From NCBI GenBank assembly GCA_964016885.1, contig OZ024743.1:102610001-102674000 (forward strand): a DNA stretch of 64,000 bases, given 5' to 3'. Below, in pieces: positions 24,620-38,800 of the stretch; positions within the stretch are counted from its first letter, which is position 1; each line of letters opens with the position of its first letter. The translations under genes and the position numbers were made by a program. The DNA is from Eledone cirrhosa. Its lineage: Eukaryota. A model generated the notes under the pieces. The model was not told the DNA's origin. It made no database searches and was given only the letters and a program-made list of their open reading frames with translations.

Positions 24620-26740
24620 TATGTTGATTATGGTTTCCTTGTGGCATAGTCCAGGACAATTATGAAAAGATATGGGGCAAATGTGTCACATTAAAGGACA
24701 CTCTGTTCCATTTCAAAATCTCTATAACTCCCAAGAGAGAGAACTTGATAAAAACTAAGGCATCAGATATGCCAAATTCGACTACGTTTGACACAAGCTT
24801 TCTTCTATGGGTGGAGTCAAAAGCTTTTTTGAACTCAATGATAGTTAGTACAGTTTTCGGGTTCTTTGATCTGACCCCTACTTGATAACCCCGCAAAAAC
24901 AATATTTGTGAGGCAATTCTGTCTGAAACAATTTTAGTTTCTTGTTTCGTGTCTAGCTCTAGTCTTATATTGTTTAGTTGCATTCTTTTCTGGATTTTAG
25001 CTGCAACTATATAGAACATTATTCGTCTGTAATTTGCTGTATATCTCAGGCCACCTTCTTGGGGTAGAGGCACTATTTATCCTTTTCTCCCGATTTTCTT
25101 TACATCTCCTTTGTAGGTTTTTGGCAGATTTCATGCAGCTCACCTTTTATGTATACTTTCCGTACTTCTACTGGTATATTATACAAATGTGTAGCTTTGT
25201 TGTTTTGTGTCGAGTTGATTGCATCCTTAAACTCATGCATTGCAAATTCACCAATATTACTAGGCCGTGGGTTAAATACCTTGTCTATATTTCCTTCAAC
25301 TTTCAAGGGAGGTTGTCCAGGTAGCTTGCAAAATGCTCTATCCTCGACTTTACTCTTTTCTCGGTGCTTTTGGCTTGTATCTTACATTCGGTGGATTTTT
25401 TTCCAGTTATTTAGTTTATAACACCCATTGCAAGCTCAACATTTTAATTTAAGTGGACATTGTACAGTAGTTCTATATACTCCTTAATGTAGCTTTCTTG
25501 TTATTTGTTATACCATCATCCAGTTTAGCTTTAACTATAAGCTGTTTATTTCTTTCAGTTGAATGAAGCATGTGTTTAGAATAGGCACTTTTTAATTCTT
25601 TCCTTTTTCCTTACTACTTCCTGGTTTTCACGTGATACCTTCTTTGCTTTGCGTGATTTCAAAGATATGTGCAGTTCCGCAGCCTTTTTATGTGCTACAA
25701 TTATGTCTTACTATATTGTCTTAAAATTGGTCTTGAAGAGCATGGTATCTCTTACTAATTTCAACTGTAATTTTCCCTGATGTTATCATTTGTCTTCTCA
25801 GAATATGTGTATATGTATGTATAGGGAATTTTATTTATCTTATTAGTGATAATCTGATCCTTATTTTGATAGGACTTTCATCTGAATCTAGTACTTAGAA
25901 AAGGTTATAAGCCTCACAGTTCATTGCATTATTTTTCCAATTATTATCAAAATATATTACATTCATTTTAAAGATCCAACAATAAATCTCCATTTCTGTC
26001 TGTTTTGTCACGAAAGCAAAACCCTTTAAAATATTATGCGACGAGATAGTTTATGTTTTGGGACTTCACTTATCAAACCTGAAAGTTCATTGTAAACATT
26101 TTCAGCAATCCCTAATTCTACAGTATGTTCAGGACTGTGACAACAGATTATGGTTAGCTTCGGATTTCCATTGAAAGTTGCTAGCATTATACTCAGTGTT
26201 ATAGACTAATAAAAAGCAAAGATACCCGTGCTTTTGGATTTAAAATTATGTCTATTCCTCCAATGGGAGTCAGATCTATCTAGAAAAATCAAAATATTAT
26301 TATTCAAAACACCTGTTGAGTCAGTGTTTTTGTATGGAACAGGTACATGGACCCTGACACAGGCCCTTGAGTTGAATTTGGATGTTGCATACACTAACAT
26401 GCTTCGGCTTGTACAAAATATAAACTGGCATCAACATATTACAAATGAAAGTTTATACAGAAACTTGCCTAAGATAACGACTACACTTGCTTAAAGATGG
26501 TTACGATTTGCAAGACATTGCTGAAAAAGTAAGCAGAAAGTTATAAAGAAGCTACTACTGCGGTAAGCAACTCGCGGGAGACGCAATAGAGTAAAGCCTG
26601 CTCGAATCTTCATCGATCAACTCTCAGATGATACAAACCTTAGTAAGAAACAGTTGCTAGCAGCAATGGAAAATCGTGAATTGTGATGAAACTTTGTCAG
26701 GAATGTTCAACTGTGATCCCAATGATGATGATGAGGATGA
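24620..26740. mobile_element. Decayed RTE-clade LINE with an inverted 5' part (24620-26195 minus, 26200-26740 plus)
   Basis: Minus part: NYR.I, IEFKKAFDS.HR and GDTFAPYLFIIVLDY. Plus part: WESDLSRKIKILLFKTPVESVFLYGTGTWTLT...AYTNMLR, ending in a (GAT)n tail. Confidence 0.7.
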
Positions 26741-26870
26741 TATATGAACATATGTATATATGTGTATGCAAATATATATGACACTGTGCTTCTGTTTTCA
26801 TTGAAGTATATATATGTATATATGTATATATAGTGAAAAAAAGTGTGGACGTTAGAAAAAGTTCTATACA

Positions 26871-28476
26871 GAACCCGTTATACAAGAAAAATGATAACAC
26901 TCACTCTAGAGCTATTACTGCACAAACTGGAGTCGTTTCAGGGCATCCCGCGCGAACTGGGATGCAGGAGAATCATGTCAGCTTATGACGACGACGTAAC
27001 CGTAGAGGTGTCGAGCGCAAAATACATCGAGGCGATTCGCAATACTATAAGAGAATACGGCGTGGTGACAGGAACTGATATTAACCAGTGAGGGTCGGTG
27101 GGCCAGCGACGGCACCTGGAGAGGCAGGTCTAAATCATCCACAGAGTCGTCGGGCGCTGGACGTACAGACCAATTAAATTGCTAGGATCTGGTTTGGTCC
27201 GGACCTCCAGACGGACAAAAGCTTGGATGAGGTGTCGAGCAGACTGGCCTCTATCACCCAGAAATGGGCCGACAGAAAGCTATCCCTAAAACGTCGGGCG
27301 GAGGTGGTGAACGTGTATTTCGCGTCCATCATTTACTACCGCCTTACCGTCGAGCATTATCCTAAGCTTCGTCTGACTACACCGAAGTGTTTGCTCTTTC
27401 GCTTTTTGTGGAAGGGACACGCTCCCGTGTTTACACGGCCTATGTGCTGTCAACACCCGCTGCGTAGAGGAGTGGATATGCCGTGGCTGATGATGCGCAG
27501 ACATGCACTGAGGCTCCGACATCTCCAGATTTTCCTCAATAGTGAACAAGTGTGGTCATCTTTCACTAAGCACGTTTTTCCGGATAGGACCGCTTGGAAA
27601 CTGGAATGTATTCAAGCGCTCAATGCTCTTTACCAATCGGGCATTGCGATAGCTGAAAGCTCTACGATGGCGTTCTATAGGGGGTTAGTGGATAGCAAGA
27701 ATGACAGCGTCCTCGGGGTAACTCTGGCTATCGACGAATGACAACTAGCTATTCTGTTCAGGTGGACTTTCGGTCCATGGCCAATGGATAACTTCCAGAA
27801 ATCCCTGGCCTGGTAGTGTTACCGGGGAGTGTTGCCTCTCCGAGATAAACTTTACAGGCACTGACGTGTCATCAGTCGGGCCTGTCTGAGGTGCGCGCCG
27901 AGTGACGACACGATCCTGCACGCACTCGTACCCGAGTATCGGTGACTCGTGGGTATATGTCGAATATCTGCTGTCGCGTGTAGGACGGATCCGACTATGA
28001 ACTCAGTCAATTATGAAGATTGTCCGGCCACCCTCCTTTAACCAGGAAGGACAGGCAGGTTTTATATGCCTAGTGGTCACGGTGAAAGAAGTCGTGTGGT
28101 GCACGCGTCTGAAAGGCACTTTCCTCTTCAGTGAAACTCTCATTAACTTTTTCAGGTTTTACCTGAAAAGGTAAACCAGAGTGGAGAGGCAAGTGTTGCC
28201 ATCCATCTGGTTTGATAAGATGTGGGTGAGAGGAGCAGGAATAGACCTTGTGAGTGAACCTGAGCTGAACGTGTACTTGTAGTATTGAAGACAGACAACC
28301 GGGAGAGGGCGCTTGCCTCAGCGGTTAGGGTGATCGTGACTTTTGTGGGCTTCCTCCACGATTAACCCTCGGTGGTTATATTGTTATTGTTATTTTCGAT
28401 TTGTATTCGATTTAATTGTAAACCCCCACTTTCCCTATCTTTGTATTGTCCCCTATATGACGGCCCTTGTGGCCAA
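26871..28476 (+). mobile_element. 5'-truncated Tx1/L1-clade LINE fragment
   Basis: SAYDDDVTV, WADRKLSL..RAEV and LFRFLWKG. Homologous to 32670-34260 and ends in (ATT)n. Confidence 0.8.
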
Positions 28477-28490
28477 TATTATTATTATTA

Positions 28491-28531
<41 letters not shown>

Positions 28532-28718
28532 GGCGGTGGATTGGCAGTATCGGTAGAGGGTCGGACGCTATGCTTTGCAGCGACGAGTTACGGCCCTTTA
28601 TGGTCTGAATTCAAATCGTGCCGAGGTTAACATTGCCTTTAATCCTTACGGGGTCGATAAAATAAAGTACCAGTATTACACTGGGATAATTGCTGGCCTT
28701 GTGCCAAAAGTAGAAACA
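28532..28718 (+). mobile_element. Major tRNA-derived SINE
   Basis: GGCGGTGGATTGGCAGTATCGGTAGAG...TTCAAATC...GGGGTCGATAAAATAAAGTACCAG. Confidence 0.85.
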
Positions 28719-28730
28719 ATTATTATTATT

Positions 28731-31700
28731 GGCGTCCTACGTAGGAAATCGTATTATCACGAGCTCCGCAAAGGTTTGTTGTTTTCAGTTGTTTCAAATT
28801 GCCAGTTATGGAAACATTTTGTTGTTAAGTGTTTATAAGTTCACACATATTGCTTTCTCAAAAGGACACTAATAAAATTGGGGCCTTGAGCACAAAATTT
28901 AAAAAATTTCTTTGAAAAAAACTTGGACGGCTCTCAGTCACACAAAGCTGACAGCCTTCCTTACAAACTAACACCTCACACCAACACCACAATTATAAAC
29001 ATTAGTACGGTTGCCAACACTAAAAATATAAGCAGTGGCAATAATTTAAATTTGTCACATGCAGACATACATTTCCCGCCATTACCAATAACTGCAGGTG
29101 TTAAAGCCGCCACTCCCACCCCAACCACACCACCACCACAGCGACAACAGAAACAAACAAAAAATTATTATCTCGTGACCACGAAATGGATTCACCCAGA
29201 ATCTACTCTTCCACGCCGAACAACACTGACACCACCATCACCACCACCACCACAACTGAAACTAAAAATAACAATAACAAAAATAACAATAACAACAACA
29301 GCAACAACAACAACAATGAGAATAACAACAACAACATCAACACCAGCGCCAAACAAAATGTGTCGTTTGCCAAAGCAACCAAGAAAAGCGAAACAATCGA
29401 GGTAAGCCAGGATGAATTAAATGAAGCTAAGAGAATGCTAAATACAGATGGGTACAGGGTCAGACCCCCCCCTCCATCTAATAAAATGGAACATTGGCGC
29501 CTATGCACCGTGTCATATCGGATGATAAATCCAAAATCGCGCCGAGTGGGACGAGCAACCGAGTCCTAGATACAAAAAGCTTTGGGACATGTGTGGGCGA
29601 AAAAAACCCACATCAGACGTGGGCAGAAGTATGGAACCGTGGACGTGTTCTTCGGAACCCCACAGGAAGCCAGAGAGCACTCCATGGCCCCATTAAGAAG
29701 TGACGAGTTCACACTCATCCCAAGCTATTGTGGTCAGAGTCTCGTGAAGATCAGGGTGACCCACGTTCCGCCGGCCATCGAAATTCCCTGGCTAATGGCT
29801 TCCCACCTCGCCGGCATCGAGGCCAACACGAAAATTATTGAGGTAACAAAAGAAAAGCAGGAGAACTGGTCCGGATCTGGGATGGAGCTACTGATACAAG
29901 CGGACCAAAAAAACATTGAGGAAATTCCAGAGGTGATAGACCTCAATGACGGCAGCCACCTCACCGTAATCGTTGAGGGTAGAAGGCCCAGGTGTGTCGT
30001 TTGTGGGACGGAACCCACCTAAAGGCTTTCTGCCCTCAGACTAAAATTTGAGGCCACCTCTCCTAACCACCCCAGTGACTCCCCCATCAAAATCACCAGC
30101 AGCAGAAATGGCAACAACAACTGTAGCAGCAACAAAAAAAGAAACTGTTGAGCAACAACCCCAGCAACAATAGCAAAACCACCACCACCACCACCCACCG
30201 CGCCAGAATTAGCACCAGCCTCTCCACCATCCACCAGACCACAACCAAAACCAATGCATGTGGAGTATTTTCCACTCCTCGACCTATCCCAACTGGTGAC
30301 AGATTGTGAGGATGAGGAGTGGGAAATGGTATCAGGAAAAAATAAAAATAAAAAAGAACCCAAAAGAGAAAAAATCCTCTTCCTTCGCCCTCCAAAAACA
30401 AAATGCAGGGGGAAACAAATAAGCAAACAAACAAAAAAGTTAAGACAGCTATGCCACCACCCACACCAGTATCACTAGCCCCATTACACAAACATCAACA
30501 CCATCACCATCATTAAGCCCACACCACCATCACCAACACCATAAAAATTCACACCACCTCCACATAAAAATCACTCGCATCACACAGAAAACGTACACGA
30601 CACTAAAACAAAAATTTCCCAAGGATATCGGAGACTTCCGACAAATACTCTCCAGGAGGATTTATAAGGACATCCTTCCGGAGGAGGCCACATGCAGTGA
30701 GAAGGATGGTTGAACCATCCTTCCTCTACGAGAACTGAGACAAGTGGTCTTGCCAATCTTTTTCCACTCATTTCCAACATGACCTCACTCAGAATAGGCC
30801 TCATAAATGCGCGTGGCCTGGGGTCATCACGGAAGCAGAGCCACCTGCCCCAACGACTTCAGGTCACTAAACATAGATGTGATAGCCATCAGCGAGACCA
30901 GAATCTCCGAAGCACGAGCCTTCGCACCGATCTTCGGCGGCTACGATGTGTACGCATCTCCCAACCGTTCATCGGGGAAAGGAGTTGCTGTGCTTTTTCG
31001 GAGAGGTTTGGATCTCGCCATACGGGCCATCTTCCTGGACCCAGAAGGTACGTTTTTGGTACTGGACATGACCAGGGGAAACGGGCAAGCATCAGGCTAC
31101 TGGCCGTCTACGCCCCGACAGGAGCGAGGCGGCAATTTTCTTCCGACGTCTGGAGCCCTTTCTTGCAACGTCCCGCTCTTTAGTGTTAGTGAGCGACTGG
31201 AACGGGATCTTAGATGCACGCTGGGACTGTGTGGGATTAACGGATAGGGGAGGAGGGTGTAAAAGCCTCGCAAACATCCTCAGACGGTTTCAACTGTCTG
31301 ACAGGTACCGTCTGAATTTCCCGAATGTGCCAATGTGGACATGGACAAACCGCATCGGGTCATCCAGATCATATCTAGATAGGGTATTTTCTAGGGAAAT
31401 AGATAGGTCTAGCATAGGCTGTCCACATTTCAAAATAGTCGACTGCACGGACCACAAATTCGTGATCTGTGAGGTTGACTTAGATAGGCTTCATAGACAG
31501 GGGCCCGGTTACTGGAAGCTAAACGCGTCATTAACAGCGCACTAGGCCTACAGAGACCGGATTAACGAACTACTTAAGCAGGCGTTGACGGAGGCCATCG
31601 TCAACAACAAATGCTGGTCTGCTCTGAAAAGACCGATTAGAATAGAGTCCACTAGGTTTAGTAAAGGTTTAGCAATAGAGAAAAAAAGAACAGAGGAAGA

Positions 31701-34263
31701 ACTAATTAAAAAATTAGACGATGCGCTTAGTAAAGGCATCGCGACCGATGTACTTGCGGCGAAATTGGCCCTTGACCAATTCTGCAATGCAAATCACGAA
31801 GGCTGCGTTGTCAGAACTAGGGTGCGTGCTCTCAGACACGAGGGAATGAGAGTGGTTCAATGGGCCCGAGTGGCGGAGGCGCGTCGTGGCAACAAAGCCA
31901 CGATCCGGTCTTTGGTGGACCACGACGGGCGCATGCTGCTCGATCCCGGGCAAATGTGTGAAGCTTTTCAGTGACACTTGGCTCAGCTGTTTGGTTACAG
32001 CGGCGGGCCGGATCAAGGGATGGACTTTAGTGCCTACCTCGACGAATTGCTGCAGCTCTCGCCCACTGAGGCGGAGTGTTGCGAAAAGCCGATAACAATC
32101 GCTTAAGTACGGGAAGCAATGACTGGCTGCACAAGGGGTAAATCGCCTAGTTGGATGATCTGCCCTATGAACTTTACGTACAGATGCCAGACTTGGCGGA
32201 TGTCTACTACAACTGACAACAGAACGGGAGAATTCCCAGCTCTGTGAGTGGAGGAGCGGTGGCGCTGCTAAGAAAGGATCTGCACAAGGGGGATAACATA
32301 GATAACTTCAGAGTTCTAGATTTTGGCCAAGGTGCTAGCAATAAAGTTGGCGCATGTCATTTGTGGTCTGGTGGGAGAGGGGCAGACATGCGCCATTCCA
32401 GACAGATCCATCCACGACAACATCCATCTCATGCGATACATCGTGGAGAGGGTAGCTATGGAACCTGGCATGCGTGGGTACTTGATCAATTTAGATCAGT
32501 CGAAAGCATTCGATAGGCTCGACCATCGTTATCTGGCGGTCCTGAGGGCGGATGGCTTTGAGCCCGTCTTCAGAGGCTGGATCGCTGCTATGCACAGCGA
32601 TATCTGCTCTGGTGAGAGTGAACGGTCACCTTTCGGAACCGTTCAACATCATGCGCTCGGTCCGCCAAGGATGTCCCATCTCGTCCCTGTTGTACGTATT
32701 GAGTCTAGTGCCATTACTGCACAAACTGGAGACGTTGAGGGGTCCCGCGCGAACTAGGATGCGGAAGATCCGTGTCAGCATATGAGGACGATGTCACCGT
32801 AGTGGTGTCGAACGCCAAACACATCGAGGCAATCGGCACTACACTAAGAGAATACGAAGCGGTGACAGGAGCAATGATCAACCAGGAAAAGTCGGTGTGC
32901 CTGCAGCTCGGCACCTGGAGAGGCAGGTCCATGCCGTCCAACAGCGTCGTCGGGCGCTGGATGGACAGACCAGTTAAATTGCTAGGGGTCTGGTTCGGTC
33001 AGGACCTCCAGGCGGACAAAAACTGTGACGAAGTGACGAGCAGGGTGGCTTTTCTCACCCATAAATGGGCAGAGAGGAAGCTATACCTGAAAGGTCGAGC
33101 GGAGGTGGCGAATGCGTACATCGCGTCCGTCATCTACTACCACCTGACCGTCGTGCCCTGTCCTAAGCCACGCCTGACTGTGCTGGGGCGTTTGCTCTTT
33201 CGCTTTTTGTGGAAGGGACGCGCTCCGATGGTCAGGCGGTCCATCTGCTGACAAAACCCGCTACATTGAGGGCTGAGCATGCCGTGGCTGATGATGCACA
33301 GACACGCGCTCAGAATACGACATCTCCACCTCTTCCTGGACGTTGATCAGGTGTGGTCACCGTTTTCTAGACGCGTCTTGGAGATTGGAATGTCTTCAGG
33401 GGCTCCAGCCCTCGACCTGTCGGGCAATGTGATCGATGGAAACTCAAACTTGGCGTTCTATAGAGGATTAGTGGAAAAGCGAAGACTTACTTGGAGAAAC
33501 TCTAGGCGTCAACGGATATCAACTAGCCAATCTTTTCGGAAGAACTTTCGGGCCGGGGCCTATGGACAACTTCCAGAAATCCCTGACATGGCAGTGCTAC
33601 CGAGGAGCTTTGCCAGTTCAGGATAAACTCTACAGGCATGGAGCATCTCTACAGGCTCTACAGGCATCGAACATCTGCTGTCGCGTGTAGAACGGATCCG
33701 GCTATCAGTTGAGTCTATCGTGAAGATTGCCCCGCCCTCTTCCTTTAGCCGGGAGGGGCCGGCAGTTTATATATGTCTGGTGGCCATGTCGAAAGAGATA
33801 GTTTGGTCGACGCGTCTGAAAGGGCTGAAGACGAGCATTTATCTCTTCGGTGATGCCCTGATTAACTTTTTCAAATTTCATTTTAAAAGGAAAATCAGGG
33901 TAGAGAGAGAAGTGCTTTCTTCCCAGCATTTTGTTGAAAGATGGGTGCGAGAGGCAAGAATGGCCCGAGTGAATGGGCCTACTTTGAGTATATGCCTGTA
34001 AATTGAAGGTGGAAAACTAGGAGAGAGCACTTGCCCTGGTGGTCAGGGTCACCGTCGCTTTTTTAATGGGCTTTCTCCACGATGGGCCTCGGATCTCTCC
34101 CCCTATTGGAGAATTTTTCATTGTTTCTTTATTGTTACATCCTCTGTTTTTGTTTTTTTACACGTAGAAATGCTCATTTGTAGCGTTCTGTAGTGTCATG
34201 TATTGTGCTGTACTGTCCCTAATGTCTTACTTTGTGTAAACCCTTGTGGTTAATAAAGAAAGC
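28731..34263 (+). mobile_element. Full-length decayed Tx1/L1-clade LINE (ORF1 plus APE-RT ORF2), flanked by (ATT)n
   Basis: ORF1 remnant has VIVEGRRPRCVVCG..H....CP (zinc knuckle). ORF2 from about 30779 has LRIGLINARGL, DVIAISET, SDWN, RSYLDRV, TDHK, GPGYWKLN, LDQSKAFDR, SVRQGCPIS and AYEDD, with many frameshifts and stops, ending at 34001. Confidence 0.9.
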
Positions 34264-34280
34264 ATTATTATTATTATTAT

Positions 34281-34597
34281 TTTGTTGAAAGATGGGTGAG
34301 AGAGGCAAGAATGGCTCGAGTGAACTCTGAGTATGTGTCTGTAAATTAAAGGTGGAAAACTGGGAGAGGGCATTTGCCCTGGTGGTCAGGGTGACTGTGG
34401 CTTTTTAATAGGCTTTCTCCACGAATGTTCCTCGGAAGTCTCCCCCCTCTTGGGGAATTTTTTCATTGTTCAATTATTACATCCTCTATTTTTTGTTTTT
34501 TTTTACACGCAGAAATGCCCTTTTGTACCGTCCTTTATTGTCCTGTACTGTCCTTAATGTCTACTTTGTGTAAACCCTTGTGGTTAATAAAGAAAGC
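34281..34597 (+). mobile_element. Second 3' end of the same Tx1-like family in tandem
   Basis: Repeats 33930-34263 with substitutions and has its own (ATT)n tail. Confidence 0.85.
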
Positions 34598-34627
34598 ATT
34601 ATTAATATTATTATTATTATTATTATT

Positions 34628-35029
34628 GGTGCGTTGGCAGTATCGGTAGAGGGTCGGACGCCATGCTTTCCAGCATAGTTACGTCCCTTTATGATCAGAG
34701 TTCAAATCCCGCCGAGGTTGACTTTGCCTTTCATCCTTACGGGGTCGATAAAATAAAGTACCAGTAATGTACTGGGTAATTGCTGGCCTTGTTCCAAAAG
34801 TAGAAACAATTATTATTATTATTAGTAGTAGTAGTAGTAGTACTAGTAGTAGTAGTAGTAGTATTACAGCCCTTTACGTTCTGAGTTTAAATCCCGCCGA
34901 GGTTAGCTTTGCCTTTCATCCTTACTGGGTCAATAAATAAAGCACCAGTGATGCAGTAATGCACTGGGGTCGATTTAATCGACTTTCCCCTCCCTTTCAA
35001 ACTGATGGCCTTGTGCCTGAATTGGAAAT
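34628..35029 (+). mobile_element. Two tandem copies of the major SINE (34628-34808 and 34868-35029)
   Basis: B-box and conserved core in both copies. The second is 5'-truncated. Confidence 0.85.
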
Positions 35030-35067
35030 AATTACTATTATTATCATCATCATCATTATTATTATCA

Positions 35068-35867
35068 TCTATATATCTAAAACAGAGAATGTCCTTCTGT
35101 CTGTCTGTCTGTCTAAAACTCGAGAACCACCCAACCGATTTTTTCAATCTTTACACATGTAATATTTATGGTCGTGTGAGTATTTTAAGCGAAAAATATT
35201 TAAACTTATCAATGCCCTAACGGAACAATAATCCAGGCGATTTCTTCAAAGTTCGCATTACTTATGTCGTTTAAAGTATTTTGAGCCAAAAAGATTTTCT
35301 CATTTTTTGCCCCAGGGACCGAATCAGACGAAAATCCGACTTTTTAAAGCATTTTGGTTGTGTTAGGGGCCTGTAACCCGAGAAGTACCCAACCGATCTT
35401 TTTAAAACTATACATTACTTAATGTTTCACAAATTTTCTTGACTGAAAAAGATTTCAAATTTTTTCCCGCGGACCGCATTGTTTAGCAATTTGGTTGCGA
35501 TAGGGCCTGCAACCTTAAAATATCCAACTAAATTCCTTCATGCTCTCCACCACTGCGGTCCCACATGCTTACTGTTCTGTAACTATTGCTTTCATTGTAC
35601 CATAGCACAACAAATACATGTTCGGTTTGTTGACTGCCTTTATACTTAACCGTATCGTCTTGGCTTTCGTGGGTTGAACATTTTACTCTCAGGCACCCAA
35701 TTAAGTTAAACCCCTGGTAATCTACGACGAATTTCTTTATAAGCACAAAATGTAGACACCATCCCGAGGCCGAGGTATTCCGTACTTCTCTGTACTGTTT
35801 CAGAAAGGAGGGATAAACATGACAATCTATGTTTAGAATCCCGAGCAACGCCGGGCCATTCTGCTAG
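35068..35867 (+). mobile_element. Non-autonomous Helitron
   Basis: A|TC start (TCTATATATCTAAAACAGAG), (CTGT)n near the 5' end, 3' hairpin CCCGAGCAACGCCGGG, CTAG|T end, no TSD. Confidence 0.8.
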
Positions 35868-38800
35868 TTATTGTTATTATTATCATTATTTTTATTCATG
35901 GTGTCCATGCAGTTGATCACAATGATTATTGGGAGGGACGTCAGAAAGGGAAATTGAAAAATTACTATTAATGAATGGTTTATAAAGAATAACAATGAAA
36001 TTATAGCAGCACTGAATTGGGCGTTGGAAAAAAATAGATGAGCTATGCTAATTCAATATGGAGCTTACAAAAAAAGAAGAACATTTTGAGAACTGATAAC
36101 ATAACAAGTGGAAAAATAGTTAATGATATATAATTGAAATTGAAATGACTAAAATGCAGTTCTAGCAACAAAATATTCTCAGTTAGAGTGAGAAATGCAA
36201 AAAGGAAATGTTTCAAACATGTTATTGTTCCGTAACAAGCACTATGTTGTTGTTGATGATGATGATGGAGAGAATATTTTAAAATAGATTGAATGTTCTC
36301 ATATATGAGTATGAGTACTTAATGCCGTGAACTTCATTAAAAGCTTTATTAAAATAAGTGTAAATGTTTCAACAAAATGAGAAAATAAACAATGAAATAT
36401 TTTGCTATGTAACACTACAATTTCAATACAGCATGTTTACATACGTATGAAGAACTTCACACATTGAACATGCGAATGAAAAATATTGATATAGAAAACT
36501 AATATGAAAAATATTAAAATAGAAATTAAAATGTTTATGACAAATCAAATATTTAAAAAATGCCGACAAGCATATGTGATCAAGAAGTTTGATTAACAAA
36601 CACTGGCTTGTAACTGAGAGGAATAGTGCCATGGGGATTTAGCATGTTACGTGAGAGGGCATCTTGTGGTGTGGGGTCCCAGTTGGATAATATGTGGGCC
36701 TTCTGATGCAAACAAAGTCTAAAGAGCTCCGTCTTGGTGTTTAGGTATGTTTCCAGTGAGTATAAATCCTGCAAGATTCTAAATCTGAGGCACACCGGCA
36801 AATCTTCCTTCCGTTTTTATATGGCGAGACTTTTTGAGCACTTTCTATGTAATGTAATGCGGTACTCCGTTTACTTTTGCAGCCAGACACTGTTTGCCAG
36901 CGGTGTAGTGGGATAACATTATGAGTTTGAATGCAACTGAAGTTAAATTTATCGATTAGACACATACAGTATATATTGAAACAGACAGATTTCTAAATAA
37001 TTAGCAGGGTATTGGTTTCATTTTTACCAAGTATACTCTTGAGTGAAGGAGGTATATACAGTTATGATACACAAGAGGAACTTAGTGTATTTTTAAAGAT
37101 GAAATTGCACTGAAAGCTGTAGTCTTTATTCTCCACCGATAAACTATCTCTACCTAGTGGGTTTTTTCATATTGTTAACAAATGTACCTACCTTTATTTT
37201 TTGTTTACTTCAATGTTCACTGTGTCATTTCTATTCTTAAGAATATTGGTCATGTGAAGAGATAATGTTGCTAATATAATATAATTTTCGTACAATCGTC
37301 AGTCACAGGAGCAGCACATTTAAACGCCGTGAGCGATGTGTTTTGAAAGAAAGCCCGTTAAAAATATTAATACTTTTGATGTTAATATATCTAAGACAGC
37401 CCTAGGAACAAATGTTTAAAGCTTTAAGTAATTTCATGTATATAATGACAAAGAAAAATGATTTAATTTACTAAAGAGCAAGTTTTACCTGTTGATCATT
37501 GGAGAGCTATTCTATGATCTGTTGAAATTGTGTCACATACGTAGCAGCGATTTATTCAATAGATTCAAAATGTCGCTGGTATGAAGAATACAAACTGTTG
37601 ATATCTAAGTTAAAGGATGTAGATGATGTTGCAAAAGTCGTGTCAGTCACGATATATATTGAAATGCTGGAACTTAGAATTCAGAACTATTCATGTTCAC
37701 CTGCGCATGGCTTGATAGCAAAGATGATACAATTTTAATAGGACACGTCACCACTCTAGATTTATCCCCACTCACTCATTTACTCTATCAGTTTATCAAT
37801 CTCAGTAAATCGAACAACAAATATTTATTTATATATATATTTATTTATTGTTACGAACATCTTCAGTAGAGGTTAGTAAATGAAATCGCGATCACGAAGT
37901 GGTTTCAGTCCCTTGTTGTTGAAAGTGATTTGTTTTCAATTGCGTACCTATTTCGTTTGTGAAAGTATGAATATTAATACTTTACATGTTATATAATTTA
38001 AAACGTTTCAAGTTAAATAGAACCAATATAAATTTATCGATTCCGCCAGGATTTGCGACCGGTAGATATTATCAGCACTGGAAAGACCAATGGAAACATT
38101 GTTTCGTAGTCTAAGTTGACGAGTTCCACCCAACTCTGTAAGCGAATAAGGTTTGGGATCTTGTCGAACAGCATCGAACGCAAATCAAATGAATAGAATT
38201 AATTGCATCCGTTCTTCTCAACATGGTAATTGAACTCAGCACAGTAAACTAAACGTTTTTTACTGCAGTTAAGCATAATAACAACTATAGTTTAAAGTAT
38301 TACATTGCTTCCCATATGCGTATTTCAACTATATTGTTTGTGTATTGTTATAGATGTTTATCTCGAGGTCACACATCATAAAACAAACAAAACCTATCTA
38401 GAACTATTTCCTTTTCATTAGGGTGCGAGTTGAAGAAATTATTATTAATTTTTTTAGTATACTTAGTTAACACGTTGCGTTTCCCTAGTTTGCTAGTGTA
38501 GATCATATCTGTCAGTTAAAGATATCTTGATGATTGAAGATAGGCCGACACCCAATGGACTACTCTGGAATCCGTTATATAGATATGATAAAATAAAAAT
38601 GTAACATATTTCATTCGGCAATCTCTTGTGTTTAAGAAATGATGAATTATGTATGTCTGCTTGAGCGTTTACAGTGTTATTGACGCAGTGAATCAAATTG
38701 ATTGATGCATTAGACATTTCTAAATTTCTAATGAATAGAATTAGAATTCATTTGACACATCAGTTACCACATAGAGAACAAGACAAGCTAGTTTGTTTTG

